IMG/VR virus record: IMGVR_UViG_3300025875_000011
Location: 12,217 to 76,216 of that record
Source: a virus
Lineage: Duplodnaviria; Caudoviricetes
Length of the DNA stretch: 64,000 nt
Reading direction: 5' to 3' (one strand)
This document shows, in pieces, positions 42,236 through 50,492 of this stretch (its first letter is position 1; every line of letters begins with the position of its first letter). The position numbers and the translations under genes are program-made. The notes beneath the pieces were generated by a model. It had not been told where the DNA came from. It ran no database searches and saw only the letters and a list, made by a program, of their open reading frames with translations.

Positions 42236-42616
42236 CCCCCCGTCTCTGCCGCTGGTCGGTAGCGGGTCCTGGATCGGGAGCCCCATCAGGACGGCCCGGA
42301 TCTCCCCCGAGATCAGGTCGTACGGCCGCCACACGTACACCTCGACCCCGCACGCGGCGAGGTCGTCGAGCCATTCCCGCTGCGCCGGCTCGGGATGCTG
42401 GGCCTGTTGCTTGAGCTCGGCGAACAGCAGACGCGGAGGATTGACCAGGGTGTTGTCGGGGAAGCCGGCCGTCACCTTCTCGTTCACCGCTCGTGGCGGG
42501 TGGTACCAACGCCAGCCGAGAGCTTCGGCCAACTCGTTGAACCTGACCTGGAGGCCACCCGGGCCCTTCTCCTTCATCGCGCGGGCCTGGAACATCCACG
42601 CCTCCTGCGGGGTCAC
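42218..42616 (-). CDS. VRR-NUC domain nuclease
   Basis: WYHPP...AGFPDNTLV...LFAELK...AQREWL..L...G..V.VWRP.D. Confidence 0.88.
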   Translation of the reverse strand: MTPQEAWMFQARAMKEKGPGGLQVRFNELAEALGWRWYHPPRAVNEKVTAGFPDNTLVNPPRLLFAELKQQAQHPEPAQREWLDDLAACGVEVYVWRPYDLISGEIRAVLMGLPIQDPLPTSGRDGGLTRRR

Positions 42617-43278
42617 CAACGCGTCCCCCCGTGGACGGGACAGGCCCGGACCCGGATGGGGATGGCGACTTCCCCGCCGAACATGGTCATCGTCTCGAAC
42701 TCGCACTCACGGCACGGCGTGTGGAGGTCATAGGTCACCTTCGGCGTGGTCGCGGTGACGTGGGGGAGCGACACCGCGTCGTGGGCGCGGATCCGGTCGG
42801 CGTCCCGGCGGAAGACGCGGATCCGGTCGGCGTCCCGGTGGAACCGGTCGACCTCCAGGGCCACGATGCTGTTCACGGGAAGGTCCCCGGGGATCGCTTG
42901 GCCGAGGGGGACGTACGCGGCTACCTCCACCCCCGACATCGGTGGCCTGGCCGGACCCTTCGGGGGGTCGGGGCGCTGCTGCTCCTCGCGGGGGACCGAC
43001 GCGTTGTGGAGGCGGTAGGCCAACAGCTCGGCCTCGACGATCACCTCGTCGAGGGGACGGTTCGCGGCCAGGGCCACGCGGACGCGGGGGTCGCACCCCT
43101 CGTACGGGTCCGGGAGTGCGGGTGGTGGCTTCGCCGGCCCGAACGCGATCCGGGTCCACGTCTTCTCCATCCCGGTCCCGAGGCCGCGCATCAGCCCGAC
43201 CATCCCATGCTGGACGACCAGCACGATCAGGGTCGAGACCACGGCGGCCAGGAAGATGAGCAAGCCCACGTCGGTCAC
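42613..43278 (-). CDS. Membrane-anchored hypothetical protein
   Basis: N-terminal TM GLLIFLAAVVSTLIVLVV; C-terminal CxxC...CPVH. Confidence 0.6.
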   Translation of the reverse strand: MTDVGLLIFLAAVVSTLIVLVVQHGMVGLMRGLGTGMEKTWTRIAFGPAKPPPALPDPYEGCDPRVRVALAANRPLDEVIVEAELLAYRLHNASVPREEQQRPDPPKGPARPPMSGVEVAAYVPLGQAIPGDLPVNSIVALEVDRFHRDADRIRVFRRDADRIRAHDAVSLPHVTATTPKVTYDLHTPCRECEFETMTMFGGEVAIPIRVRACPVHGGTRW

Positions 43279-43700
43279 AGGGGTCTCCATTCCAGGTAGG
43301 CCGCGACGGCCTCACGCCAGCCGTCGGGCAGGTGCGGATGGTCGTCTTCGAGCCAGGACACCGTCAGGTCGGGCCACCACAAGCGCCACCCGTTCAGCGA
43401 CCACCACGGACGTTCGAGCGGGTCCTGGGCGCGGTGGAGGACCCAGCCGAGCGCGTGTCCGAGGTCGGGGTGGTGCTCGACCCACCCGTGACAGCCCGTC
43501 GTCCCCGACCCGCACAGACACACCCCGTTCGTGGGGTGGCTGATCTTCGCCAGCTTCGTCCCGCCCATCCCCCGCGCGATCCGGTGCTGGGTCGTCAGCG
43601 GGGACGGCGCTCCGCACCCGACGCAGCGCCACAGCGCGGCCGTGATGATCGCGTCCCGCGCGGCCGGGGAGAACGACCCGTCCGGCGTCTCGAACGTCAC
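43275..43700 (-). CDS. HNH endonuclease
   Basis: RCVGCG...QHRIARGMGG...NGVCLCGSGTTGCHGWVE; start trimmed to GTG 43700. Confidence 0.82.
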   Translation of the reverse strand: MTFETPDGSFSPAARDAIITAALWRCVGCGAPSPLTTQHRIARGMGGTKLAKISHPTNGVCLCGSGTTGCHGWVEHHPDLGHALGWVLHRAQDPLERPWWSLNGWRLWWPDLTVSWLEDDHPHLPDGWREAVAAYLEWRPL

Positions 43701-43891
43701 CGGCCGTCCCGGACGATCTTGGCCTGGGTCTCCTCGACGGTTCGCTGGGCCCCGTCGCAGAACTCGGCACCCTTCCCGGGGTGCTGGTTGTGGTAGCGCA
43801 TCACCCCAGCGTTCGACACTGACACCCTCCGGTAGCAGGATGGACACTCGACCTGCTTGGTACTCGCGGGGCGGTTGGTAGCTAGCCACAG
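43697..43891 (-). CDS. Possible small Zn-finger gene with no canonical start (CTG start or frameshift)
   Basis: Frame reading ...ASTKQVECPSCYRRVSVSNAGVMRYH...FCDG...; its stop overlaps the HNH GTG; the only in-frame start candidate is CTG 43891. Confidence 0.35.
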   Translation of the reverse strand: MWLATNRPASTKQVECPSCYRRVSVSNAGVMRYHNQHPGKGAEFCDGAQRTVEETQAKIVRDGR

Positions 43892-44226
43892 TCGACCACC
43901 AGGAGATCGTCGACGAACGCGGCCGGGTACTTACCAGGGGCCAGGCCGATGTACCGGATGAACTCGGCCGCGCCGATCATCCCCGACCCCCCGGCGCGGA
44001 ACGTGGTGTCGCTGGACCCCGCGCACGCGCGGATCGCGATCCTCTCGCACCACGGCCCTGACGCGGTCGTGACGAGCGGGGGCCCGTCGTAGAGCAGGTG
44101 GACGTACGTCGGCTGGTCGAGGGCCCGGTACGCGGCCATGTTGAGCCGCAGGACCCCGTTCTCCTGGACCGTGACCAGCATCGGACCGCGCGCGGCGCGC
44201 GGCCGGTGGAACACCTCGAACGTCAC
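43882..44226 (-). CDS. Hypothetical protein
   Basis: VTFEVFHRP...VTVQENGVLRLNMAAY. Confidence 0.65.
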   Translation of the reverse strand: MTFEVFHRPRAARGPMLVTVQENGVLRLNMAAYRALDQPTYVHLLYDGPPLVTTASGPWCERIAIRACAGSSDTTFRAGGSGMIGAAEFIRYIGLAPGKYPAAFVDDLLVVDCG

Positions 44227-44525
44227 GGGGTCTCCACCTTCCACGCCTCCCACTTCTCGAACGGGCCGCAAGGGACCTTCCAGCCGCCTTCCCGGGTCTC
44301 GCCTTCCAGGCTCAGTTCGGGGAACACCCGCTGTGCGCCTGGAAGGACTTCGGCCAGGTCACTGTCGCGGATGAACCGCTCGTGGCTCGACGGCTTTCGC
44401 TTCGCGTGCGACCACTTCCTGCACTTCGAGCACCGCCACAACGTCTCCGAGATCGTCGGCTGGGTGGCCTTCGTGATCCTCGGGGGCGGGACGTACGGCT
44501 CGAGCGGAGCCACGCTCCCCTTCAC
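44223..44525 (-). CDS. Hypothetical Zn-finger protein
   Basis: WRCSKCRKWSH...VPCG. Confidence 0.6.
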   Translation of the reverse strand: MKGSVAPLEPYVPPPRITKATQPTISETLWRCSKCRKWSHAKRKPSSHERFIRDSDLAEVLPGAQRVFPELSLEGETREGGWKVPCGPFEKWEAWKVETP

Positions 44526-44971
44526 GACGGCTCCAGGGCGTCGGGGTGGGTCTCCGCGAACGCGGGGTGCTGGCCCTTGATGTGGTTGCGGACGTTCTCG
44601 AACGACCGCTGGCAGCACGGACACACCCCGTTGGAGATCCGGTTCCGGAGTCGCGTCAGGTGACCCCGGACGGCGGCCGCGGACCGACGCTCGTGCGCGG
44701 CGCGCTCCCGGTGGAACTGCTCGTTCTCCCGCGCCGTCTTGGCCTGCGCGCGGAGCCGCTCGTTCTGGAACCGCAGATTCTCGGCCTCGGTCTCGTGGTC
44801 GTAGACATTCGAGTGGCCGTTCGGGCAGTAGAACGTCCCGTGGTCCTCCCGGCGGCGGCGCTCGAAGTCCTGGCCGATCCCGAAGTCGATCCCGCACCCA
44901 GCGCACTGGATGATGTCGATCGCCTTCTCGACGTAGACAGTGCGGGTCTGGGCTGTGATGGTGATGCTCAT
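44522..44971 (-). CDS. Zn-finger / coiled-coil protein
   Basis: CAGCG..F...FYCPNGH, coiled coil, GVCPCCQRSF...H. Confidence 0.78.
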   Translation of the reverse strand: MSITITAQTRTVYVEKAIDIIQCAGCGIDFGIGQDFERRRREDHGTFYCPNGHSNVYDHETEAENLRFQNERLRAQAKTARENEQFHRERAAHERRSAAAVRGHLTRLRNRISNGVCPCCQRSFENVRNHIKGQHPAFAETHPDALEPS

Positions 44972-45237
44972 CGAGGTTCCTCCTGGTTGATGTCGGGGTC
45001 GTCGCCTTCCTGGATGAAGCGGACCCCGCGCAAAATGTGGGTGAACAGGGCCGCGAAGATCACCAAGGCCAGCAGGTACTCGAGGCGGTCGAACCACGGC
45101 CGGTCCTGGTGGAAGACGTTGCCGACCCACCCGACAGCGAGACCGAGTGGCACCCCCCACAGCACGAGACGACGCCGGCGCTCGGCGTCCTCGACGTCGC
45201 GGTAGACAGCGGTCGCCCAGTAGCGGCGCTCGCTCAC
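44968..45237 (-). CDS. Two-TM membrane protein
   Basis: LVLWGVPLGLAVGWVG...YLLALVIFAALF. Confidence 0.65.
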   Translation of the reverse strand: MSERRYWATAVYRDVEDAERRRRLVLWGVPLGLAVGWVGNVFHQDRPWFDRLEYLLALVIFAALFTHILRGVRFIQEGDDPDINQEEPR

Positions 45238-45539
45238 GACGGCTCCTTCACCTGGAAGTAGTAGGTCCGGCCGTCTTTCTCCGCGCCGAGCTGGTGGTCG
45301 CCTCTCGGGACCCACGCGACGAGGTCGGCCTGCTCGATGAACTCGACCACGTCGGCCAGGTCCCAGTCGGCCCCGAACGAGCCTCCCCGCGAGTGGACGA
45401 TCACGCGCTGCTCCCCGCAGGTGTGGTCGCAGTGGTCGCACCCCTGACGGATCGTGAACGCCTGGTCCTTCACCGCGGCGACAGCGGCCGGTCGCTCCTC
45501 GGGGGTGAGCATCCGGGCTACCCTGACCTGCTCGCTCAT
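45234..45539 (-). CDS. Hypothetical protein
   Basis: MSEQVRVARM...HSRGGSFGADWDL. Confidence 0.68.
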   Translation of the reverse strand: MSEQVRVARMLTPEERPAAVAAVKDQAFTIRQGCDHCDHTCGEQRVIVHSRGGSFGADWDLADVVEFIEQADLVAWVPRGDHQLGAEKDGRTYYFQVKEPS

Positions 45540-46255
45540 GCTCCGATCTCCTTCACGCCGACGAGCTTGGCGAACTGGGACACCTGGTCGAGGATCAGGC
45601 CAGCGGTCTCGGCCTTCTTCTCCTTGTCGAACCGGCCGGACCACGTCACCTTCTTCGGGACGGCGGTGGCCCACGGCCACTCCTCCCCCGTCTCGGAGTC
45701 GACGACGACGAGGCGAGACGACCGGTCACGGTCCGGATGCGTCTCATCCGGCCCCGGCTCCTCCCAGGTGACGATCTTGGCCCGCTCGGTGAGGTACGGG
45801 ATCACCCACTCGGCGATCTTCTCCGGGACCGTCCGGGGAGGGAACGCAGCCCGGAGCGCAGCGAGAGCGATGGTCCTGGCAAACACCTTCTCGAACACGG
45901 GGGAAGACACCGACTCCACGGCGGTCACCGCGCGGCGCAGCTGGTGCTCGTCGAACGTGTCCTCGTCGTGCTCGGGGACGACCGACAGCACCTCCTCGCG
46001 GCCCTCGCGCGGGTCGTAGGGGAGGTTCTCCACCAGCCACGCGCGGAGGTCGGCCGACGACAGGATGTCGACGTGGGCCTCGCTGGTGGAGGTGTAGACC
46101 TTCCCGAACGGCGTGGTGAAGGTGCTCGTCCCGGTGGCCTCAGCGGTCGGGACGACGTTCTCCTCTAGGACCACGTCGGCCGCGGCCTTTGCGGCGTCAG
46201 CGATCACGCGGAGCGCGGCGTACGCGTCAGCGGGACGCACCGTCAGCGCGGTCAC
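45536..46255 (-). CDS. Hypothetical protein (partner of the SSAP gene)
   Basis: ORF track; coupled to Rad52/Sak. Confidence 0.75.
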   Translation of the reverse strand: MTALTVRPADAYAALRVIADAAKAAADVVLEENVVPTAEATGTSTFTTPFGKVYTSTSEAHVDILSSADLRAWLVENLPYDPREGREEVLSVVPEHDEDTFDEHQLRRAVTAVESVSSPVFEKVFARTIALAALRAAFPPRTVPEKIAEWVIPYLTERAKIVTWEEPGPDETHPDRDRSSRLVVVDSETGEEWPWATAVPKKVTWSGRFDKEKKAETAGLILDQVSQFAKLVGVKEIGA

Positions 46256-47103
46256 GACTGGACCTCGTCGGTGCGCTGCGCGTCCTCAGCGGAGGGTGCG
46301 TCGGGAAGCGCACCGTCCCGCTCTACCTCGAGTTCGGTGGCGAAGCTGTTGAGGTCCGCGAGGTCGGCCCCGTTGTACTTCCGGGCGATGAGCTCGGCGC
46401 GGACCGCGTCCATCCGGGCCGACGGAGACAGGTCCGGGTAGAGGTCGGTGTGGACCGCGAACACCCGGTCGCGGGCCTCCTGGAGGAGACGCTGCTCCCG
46501 GTTCTCCTCCGGGGCCTGCGACTCCCGCGAGGGCTGGGTGTTCCCCTCCGGCTCAGGGTCGGTGTGGAGGTTCGCGGCGTGGTCCGACTTGCTCCACAGG
46601 TAGGTCCCGATCCCGAACCGCATCCCCGCGTTGCGGAGAGCGTCGCCGATGGTCTCCTTCGTGGCGTTGTGGCCGGTCTTCCCCTGCGCGTCGCCGTAGC
46701 CCTTCTTCGTCACCCCGAGGATCGTCAGGGTGATCCACATCCCGCCGTCGATGATCCCGGGCGTCCCGGACGGGTGGTGGGCCATCGAGTCCCAGTCCCA
46801 GTTCTCCGGGCCGACGACGGTGTTGAGCCGCATCGTCAGACCGGCGTGGCCGACGTAGTCGAGGTGGACGGAGCGCGCGTGGCGCTTCCCGCAGAACACG
46901 CCGTCCGCGGAGTAGCGCGACCCCTGGACGCACTGGCCGTAGTCCTTGTCGTCCTTCGACACGGCCTTGGGCAGCTTCTCGATCTCGGCCTCGGGGAACG
47001 GAGCAGCGAGCGCAGCCCAGCGCGGGTCGCGGTGGGAGGCCAGGTAGTCGCGGACCTGCTCCTCGGTGATCTCGACCTTGGGGGCCGGAGCGGTGGGGCT
47101 CAT
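46252..47103 (-). CDS. Rad52/Rad22-family (Sak-like) single-strand annealing protein
   Basis: LAAPFP...LDYVGHA..TMRLN.V...W.W...LTILGVTKKGYG...KE.IGDALR.AGMRFGIG.YLW. Confidence 0.88.
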   Translation of the reverse strand: MSPTAPAPKVEITEEQVRDYLASHRDPRWAALAAPFPEAEIEKLPKAVSKDDKDYGQCVQGSRYSADGVFCGKRHARSVHLDYVGHAGLTMRLNTVVGPENWDWDSMAHHPSGTPGIIDGGMWITLTILGVTKKGYGDAQGKTGHNATKETIGDALRNAGMRFGIGTYLWSKSDHAANLHTDPEPEGNTQPSRESQAPEENREQRLLQEARDRVFAVHTDLYPDLSPSARMDAVRAELIARKYNGADLADLNSFATELEVERDGALPDAPSAEDAQRTDEVQS

Positions 47104-47285
47104 CGGATGCCTTCCGTGTTGCTGGTCTGGTGGTGGGCGCGGGGAGGGACGACGCAGTAGTGGTACCGCGTGATCCGGGGGCCGGCTGGGGTGGCGACGA
47201 CGTCGAAGCCGAGGACCCCGTACCCGTTGCACCCGACGGAGTGGCCGTCCTCGCGGACGGGAACCTCACTGGTGGTGGTGGACAT
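47100..47285 (-). CDS. Hypothetical protein
   Basis: ORF track; first gene of the leftward unit at the divergence point. Confidence 0.55.
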   Translation of the reverse strand: MSTTTSEVPVREDGHSVGCNGYGVLGFDVVATPAGPRITRYHYCVVPPRAHHQTSNTEGIR

Positions 47286-47334
47286 GCCCCGAGCCTAGCC
47301 GCCCTGGTCATTTCGGTCAAGACACCCACGATGG

Positions 47335-47363
47335 TTGACAACGGACAATCTGCCCGCCAGGAT
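47335..47363 (+). promoter_or_regulatory. Putative SigA-type promoter
   Basis: TTGACA-N17-CAGGAT, 6 nt upstream of ATG 47370. Confidence 0.5.
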
Positions 47364-47369
47364 GGAGCC

Positions 47370-47549
47370 ATGCCACCACCCACCGAGCAGACCTGGGTCA
47401 CCCCAGAGGAAGCCGCCAAGGACCAGGGGGTCGACGCGCGGACCGTCCGCCGCTGGGCCCGCACCGGGAGGATCGCCGCGAAGCGGACCCCGGGCAACCG
47501 CTGGCGGATCCTGTTCCCCGTCACCACCACCGAAGGAGACCAGCCGTGA
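47370..47549 (+). CDS. MerR-like/Xis/BldC-type HTH DNA-binding protein
   Basis: [39 protein letters not shown]. Confidence 0.85.
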   Translation: MPPPTEQTWVTPEEAAKDQGVDARTVRRWARTGRIAAKRTPGNRWRILFPVTTTEGDQP

Positions 47550-47809
47550 AGTTCCGCAAGAAGCCCGTCGAGGTCGAGGCCGTCCTCTGGACCGGACACA
47601 ACCTCGTCGAGGCCATCACGTTCGTGAACACCGAGGACGTGGTGGCGCGCGGCGACAAGTTCGAGATCGTCACTCTCGAAGGAACGATGACCGCCTCGCC
47701 GGGGGACTGGATCATCCGGGGAGTTCACGGCGAGTTCTACCCCTGCAAACCGGACATCTTCGACGAGACCTACGAGCCGGTCACCACCACCGAAGGAGAC
47801 CAGCCGTGA
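47520..47809 (+). repeat. 30-bp perfect direct repeat flanking one gene
   Basis: GTCACCACCACCGAAGGAGACCAGCCGTGA at 47520-47549 and 47780-47809. Confidence 0.92.
47546..47809 (+). CDS. Conserved phage protein (PGDWII type)
   Basis: [11 protein letters not shown]...[29 protein letters not shown]. Confidence 0.88.
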   Translation: MKFRKKPVEVEAVLWTGHNLVEAITFVNTEDVVARGDKFEIVTLEGTMTASPGDWIIRGVHGEFYPCKPDIFDETYEPVTTTEGDQP

Positions 47810-48075
47810 TGGAGTACCGGATCACGTTCGGCCAGCGGTACCCCCGGGAGCCCCACCCCACGTTCCCCCAGGCCCACAAGGACGGTTACCTGACCGTCGT
47901 CGCCAGAGACTCGGAGGACGCTCGGACCCAGACGAACGACGCCCTCGGACCCCGCTGGGCCGCGGCCTACCCCCCGGGATTCCTCGACGACCACTGGGTC
48001 CCGCTCGGCGAGCTCGGCCGCTTGGAGAACGGCGTCCTCACCCCCACCACCACCACCGAAGGAGCACAGGCATGA
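47809..48075 (+). CDS. Hypothetical protein
   Basis: [15 protein letters not shown]. Confidence 0.72.
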   Translation: MEYRITFGQRYPREPHPTFPQAHKDGYLTVVARDSEDARTQTNDALGPRWAAAYPPGFLDDHWVPLGELGRLENGVLTPTTTTEGAQA

Positions 48076-48485
48076 CCGCGCCCGCGTACGGACCATCCCG
48101 AGCCGGCGGGACCGGCATCATCGAGATCGAGGACCTCCGTCGCCGCATCCAGGCCCTGGAGGACACCCTCAACACGATGATCCAGACGGCCTCCCGCGAA
48201 CTCACCCGCCGCCTCGAGGACGAGCTCGCCACCTGGGGAGACGTCCCCGACCGGCTGGCCCGCGTCGAGGACCTCCTGTCCCCGCTCACCGTCGACCCGA
48301 CCGGCCCCGACGTCGAGTGGTCCTACCGGCGCAGCGACGGCATCCTCCGACCCGTCCCGGCCGACCCGGAGGAGCGACTGGCCCTGATCACGGCCGGCGT
48401 CCCGCTGACCCCCGTCGTCCGCAACACCCGCGAGGACGGCCGGATGGTCGTCCTCCCCCTCCCCGAGATGGCGAAGGCTCCGTGA
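48072..48485 (+). CDS. Hypothetical coiled-coil protein
   Basis: ORF track; (CCA)n GAAGGAG RBS. Confidence 0.7.
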   Translation: MTAPAYGPSRAGGTGIIEIEDLRRRIQALEDTLNTMIQTASRELTRRLEDELATWGDVPDRLARVEDLLSPLTVDPTGPDVEWSYRRSDGILRPVPADPEERLALITAGVPLTPVVRNTREDGRMVVLPLPEMAKAP

Positions 48486-48913
48486 CCCCCGGAGACGAGA
48501 AGCAGGTCGACCGGTTCGCCGCGTTCCTCCGAATCATGGCCGAGGCCGTCGTCGACCCGAACGGTGGACGCCTCGTCACCGACGAGACCAGGCGGTACGC
48601 GCTCGGTGAGGACGTGGAGCCCGTCCCCGTCGACGACACCCACCCGGCCACCTGGACGCTCCGAGGTCCGAGCCGAGCCACCAAGATCGGTGGAGACGTC
48701 GGTGAGCGGGTGCATCGTCCCGGTCCTTCGTGGCGGCCACCGGACGCGAACTCGACCCCAGGGGACCATCGCCTCTTCCCGCGCGAGCCCGAGGGGGACT
48801 GGTACTGCACCGGATGCGTGTGGGCGTTCGGGTACCGGGTCCCCGCAGACCGCGCCCGGGAGGTGTGGTGGAGCGACGAACGCCACCCTGACCCTGAACT
48901 AGGAGGCTCGTGA
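48482..48913 (+). CDS. Hypothetical protein
   Basis: VTPGDEKQVDRFAAFL...WYCTGC. Confidence 0.62.
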   Translation: MTPGDEKQVDRFAAFLRIMAEAVVDPNGGRLVTDETRRYALGEDVEPVPVDDTHPATWTLRGPSRATKIGGDVGERVHRPGPSWRPPDANSTPGDHRLFPREPEGDWYCTGCVWAFGYRVPADRAREVWWSDERHPDPELGGS

Positions 48914-49245
48914 TGATCACCGAGAAGGTCGCTGTCCTGTACCGGGGCGGTCCGGAGTCCGACGCCCGCCTCCACCTGGGAGTGGGGAACCATCCGACCC
49001 CTCCGGGGTGCGCGGGAGCGAAGCCGCAGCAGGTCCTGGCCCGGACGTACCCCTACCTGGTGTCGCTCCTCGCGCCGGCGTCGACCCCGCTCCTCGCGGC
49101 GCTGAACGAGGTCGCGGAGCAGCTGGCGATCCGGGCCCTGGGCCAGTCGCTCACCGACTCCCAGCGCGAGCGGCTGTGCCAGCGGTGCGCGACGGACCTC
49201 GCAGACGCAGAAAAGCCCCCCACCTCCGAAGAGGTGGGGGGCTGA
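48910..49245 (+). CDS. Hypothetical protein
   Basis: AGGAGG RBS; ORF track. Confidence 0.62.
   Translation: MMITEKVAVLYRGGPESDARLHLGVGNHPTPPGCAGAKPQQVLARTYPYLVSLLAPASTPLLAALNEVAEQLAIRALGQSLTDSQRERLCQRCATDLADAEKPPTSEEVGG
49214..49243 (-). terminator. Rho-independent, probably bidirectional terminator
   Basis: 13-bp stem AGCCCCCCACCTC / GAGGTGGGGGGCT; minus-strand loop TTCG followed by TTT; at the convergent junction. Confidence 0.85.
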
Positions 49246-49284
49246 TCCGGCCTGGTCGCCAGGGGCGAACCTAGCGGGTGGTGG

Positions 49285-49392
49285 TCAGGCGCGACCGGAC
49301 GCGCGGCCGGCCGCGCTCGCCGTCTCCGCGAGGACCGTGATCAGCGGGATGCTCACGGCGACGGCGGTGGCGATGCGGGTGCGGATCTTCAT
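49285..49392 (-). CDS. 35-aa secreted peptide precursor
   Basis: Manual translation MKIRTRIATAVAVSIPLITVLAETASAAGRASGRA*; preceded by CCCACCAGGAGGAACCCC, the same RBS motif as the early genes; not in the ORF track. Confidence 0.65.
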   Translation of the reverse strand: MKIRTRIATAVAVSIPLITVLAETASAAGRASGRA

Positions 49393-49518
49393 GGGGTTCC
49401 TCCTGGTGGGCCAGGCTCCAGAGCGGGGCCTGTTGAGGGAGAACCTATGGGCCGTCGTTACGGATCGGGCCGTCGTAGGAGCAGCAGGAACCGGACATGT
49501 CCGCTACTTGCCACCCGG

Positions 49519-49758
49519 TCAGCCTCGACGCAGCGGGTCCCGCTTGAGGTAGGACGAGATCGTCGTCGCGGCGCTGGTGAGGACCGCGAAGACGAGGACC
49601 CCGAGGATCGGGCTGTGGATCGGCAGCGAGTCCGGGTTCGCGATGATGTAGACGATCGTCGCCAGGATCGCGGGGGCCAGGAACGACGCGACAGCCGCGG
49701 CGATCACCTTCGGGCTCCACGTCGTCTCGGGGTTGACGTGGGCGGGGACGGTGGACAT
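49519..49758 (-). CDS. Holin
   Basis: 79 aa, two TMs, SPKVIAAAVA..., basic C-terminus YLKRDPLRRG; in the lysis cassette. Confidence 0.8.
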   Translation of the reverse strand: MSTVPAHVNPETTWSPKVIAAAVASFLAPAILATIVYIIANPDSLPIHSPILGVLVFAVLTSAATTISSYLKRDPLRRG

Positions 49759-49778
49759 GGTGCTCCTTCGGTTGAGGG

Positions 49779-50492
49779 TCAGACCAGCCGGACCGGCCGG
49801 CCGTACAGGTTGAGGGTGGTGTGGCCGAGCTGCCCGACCGAGAACCCGACGATGACCCACGGCTCCCCGTCGATCTCCGCGACGGTGACACCTTCGGGCT
49901 CGTAGCGGCCACCGATCGGGTTCCCCTTCACGTCGCGGGCCACCGCGTCGAGGTCGATCCGCCCGACCTCCACGGTCCCGTCGATGACCTGGAGCCACGC
50001 GTTCTCCCCTGGGTGCCAGGCCGGGTCGGTCTTGATCGACCCACCGTGGAGCCGGACCCACCGGGTCCCGCCGAGGTGAGCGTCTCCCTGGGACCCGTTC
50101 GGGCGGGGGAGCGGACACGACGGCGGGGCCTTCGTCGGCTCGGTCGTGAACTCGGGGCCGAACGTGACCTTCGACCACACGCCGTTGATGCGGGTGACCA
50201 TGTGGCCGTCGGCGTGGTCGGTCCGGTCCCCGTGACCGCCGCCGATGACCGTCCGCGTCTCCACGGCCAGGCCACCGCCCGCCTCGTAGCGGGACAGGAC
50301 CAGGTCGTCGCCGGCGTTCGTCGGCTGGTCGGCCCGGTCGCGTCCCTGGGTCCCGCCCCACCCACCGGCGATCGGGACCCCGTACTGCGGGACGACGTCG
50401 GTGTCAGCGGGGACGAGGTTGACCAGGAACTTCCAGCCCGGGTCAGGCTCCGGGGGCAGGGGGAGCGGGGTCGGGAAACGGGGCGGCCCCAA
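49779..50492 (-). CDS. Hypothetical beta-rich protein (TagC/RBP-like), start unclear
   Basis: GGGHG...YEPEGVT... beta-propeller-like text; overlaps the endolysin 3' end by 50 nt; only a TTG start with poorly spaced SD. Confidence 0.55.
   Translation of the reverse strand: MGPPRFPTPLPLPPEPDPGWKFLVNLVPADTDVVPQYGVPIAGGWGGTQGRDRADQPTNAGDDLVLSRYEAGGGLAVETRTVIGGGHGDRTDHADGHMVTRINGVWSKVTFGPEFTTEPTKAPPSCPLPRPNGSQGDAHLGGTRWVRLHGGSIKTDPAWHPGENAWLQVIDGTVEVGRIDLDAVARDVKGNPIGGRYEPEGVTVAEIDGEPWVIVGFSVGQLGHTTLNLYGRPVRLV

Noticed and set aside
47370-47549. Excisionase as evidence of an integration cassette
   Set aside because: No integrase or att-like site is nearby; this HTH family also includes BldC-like and other regulators.
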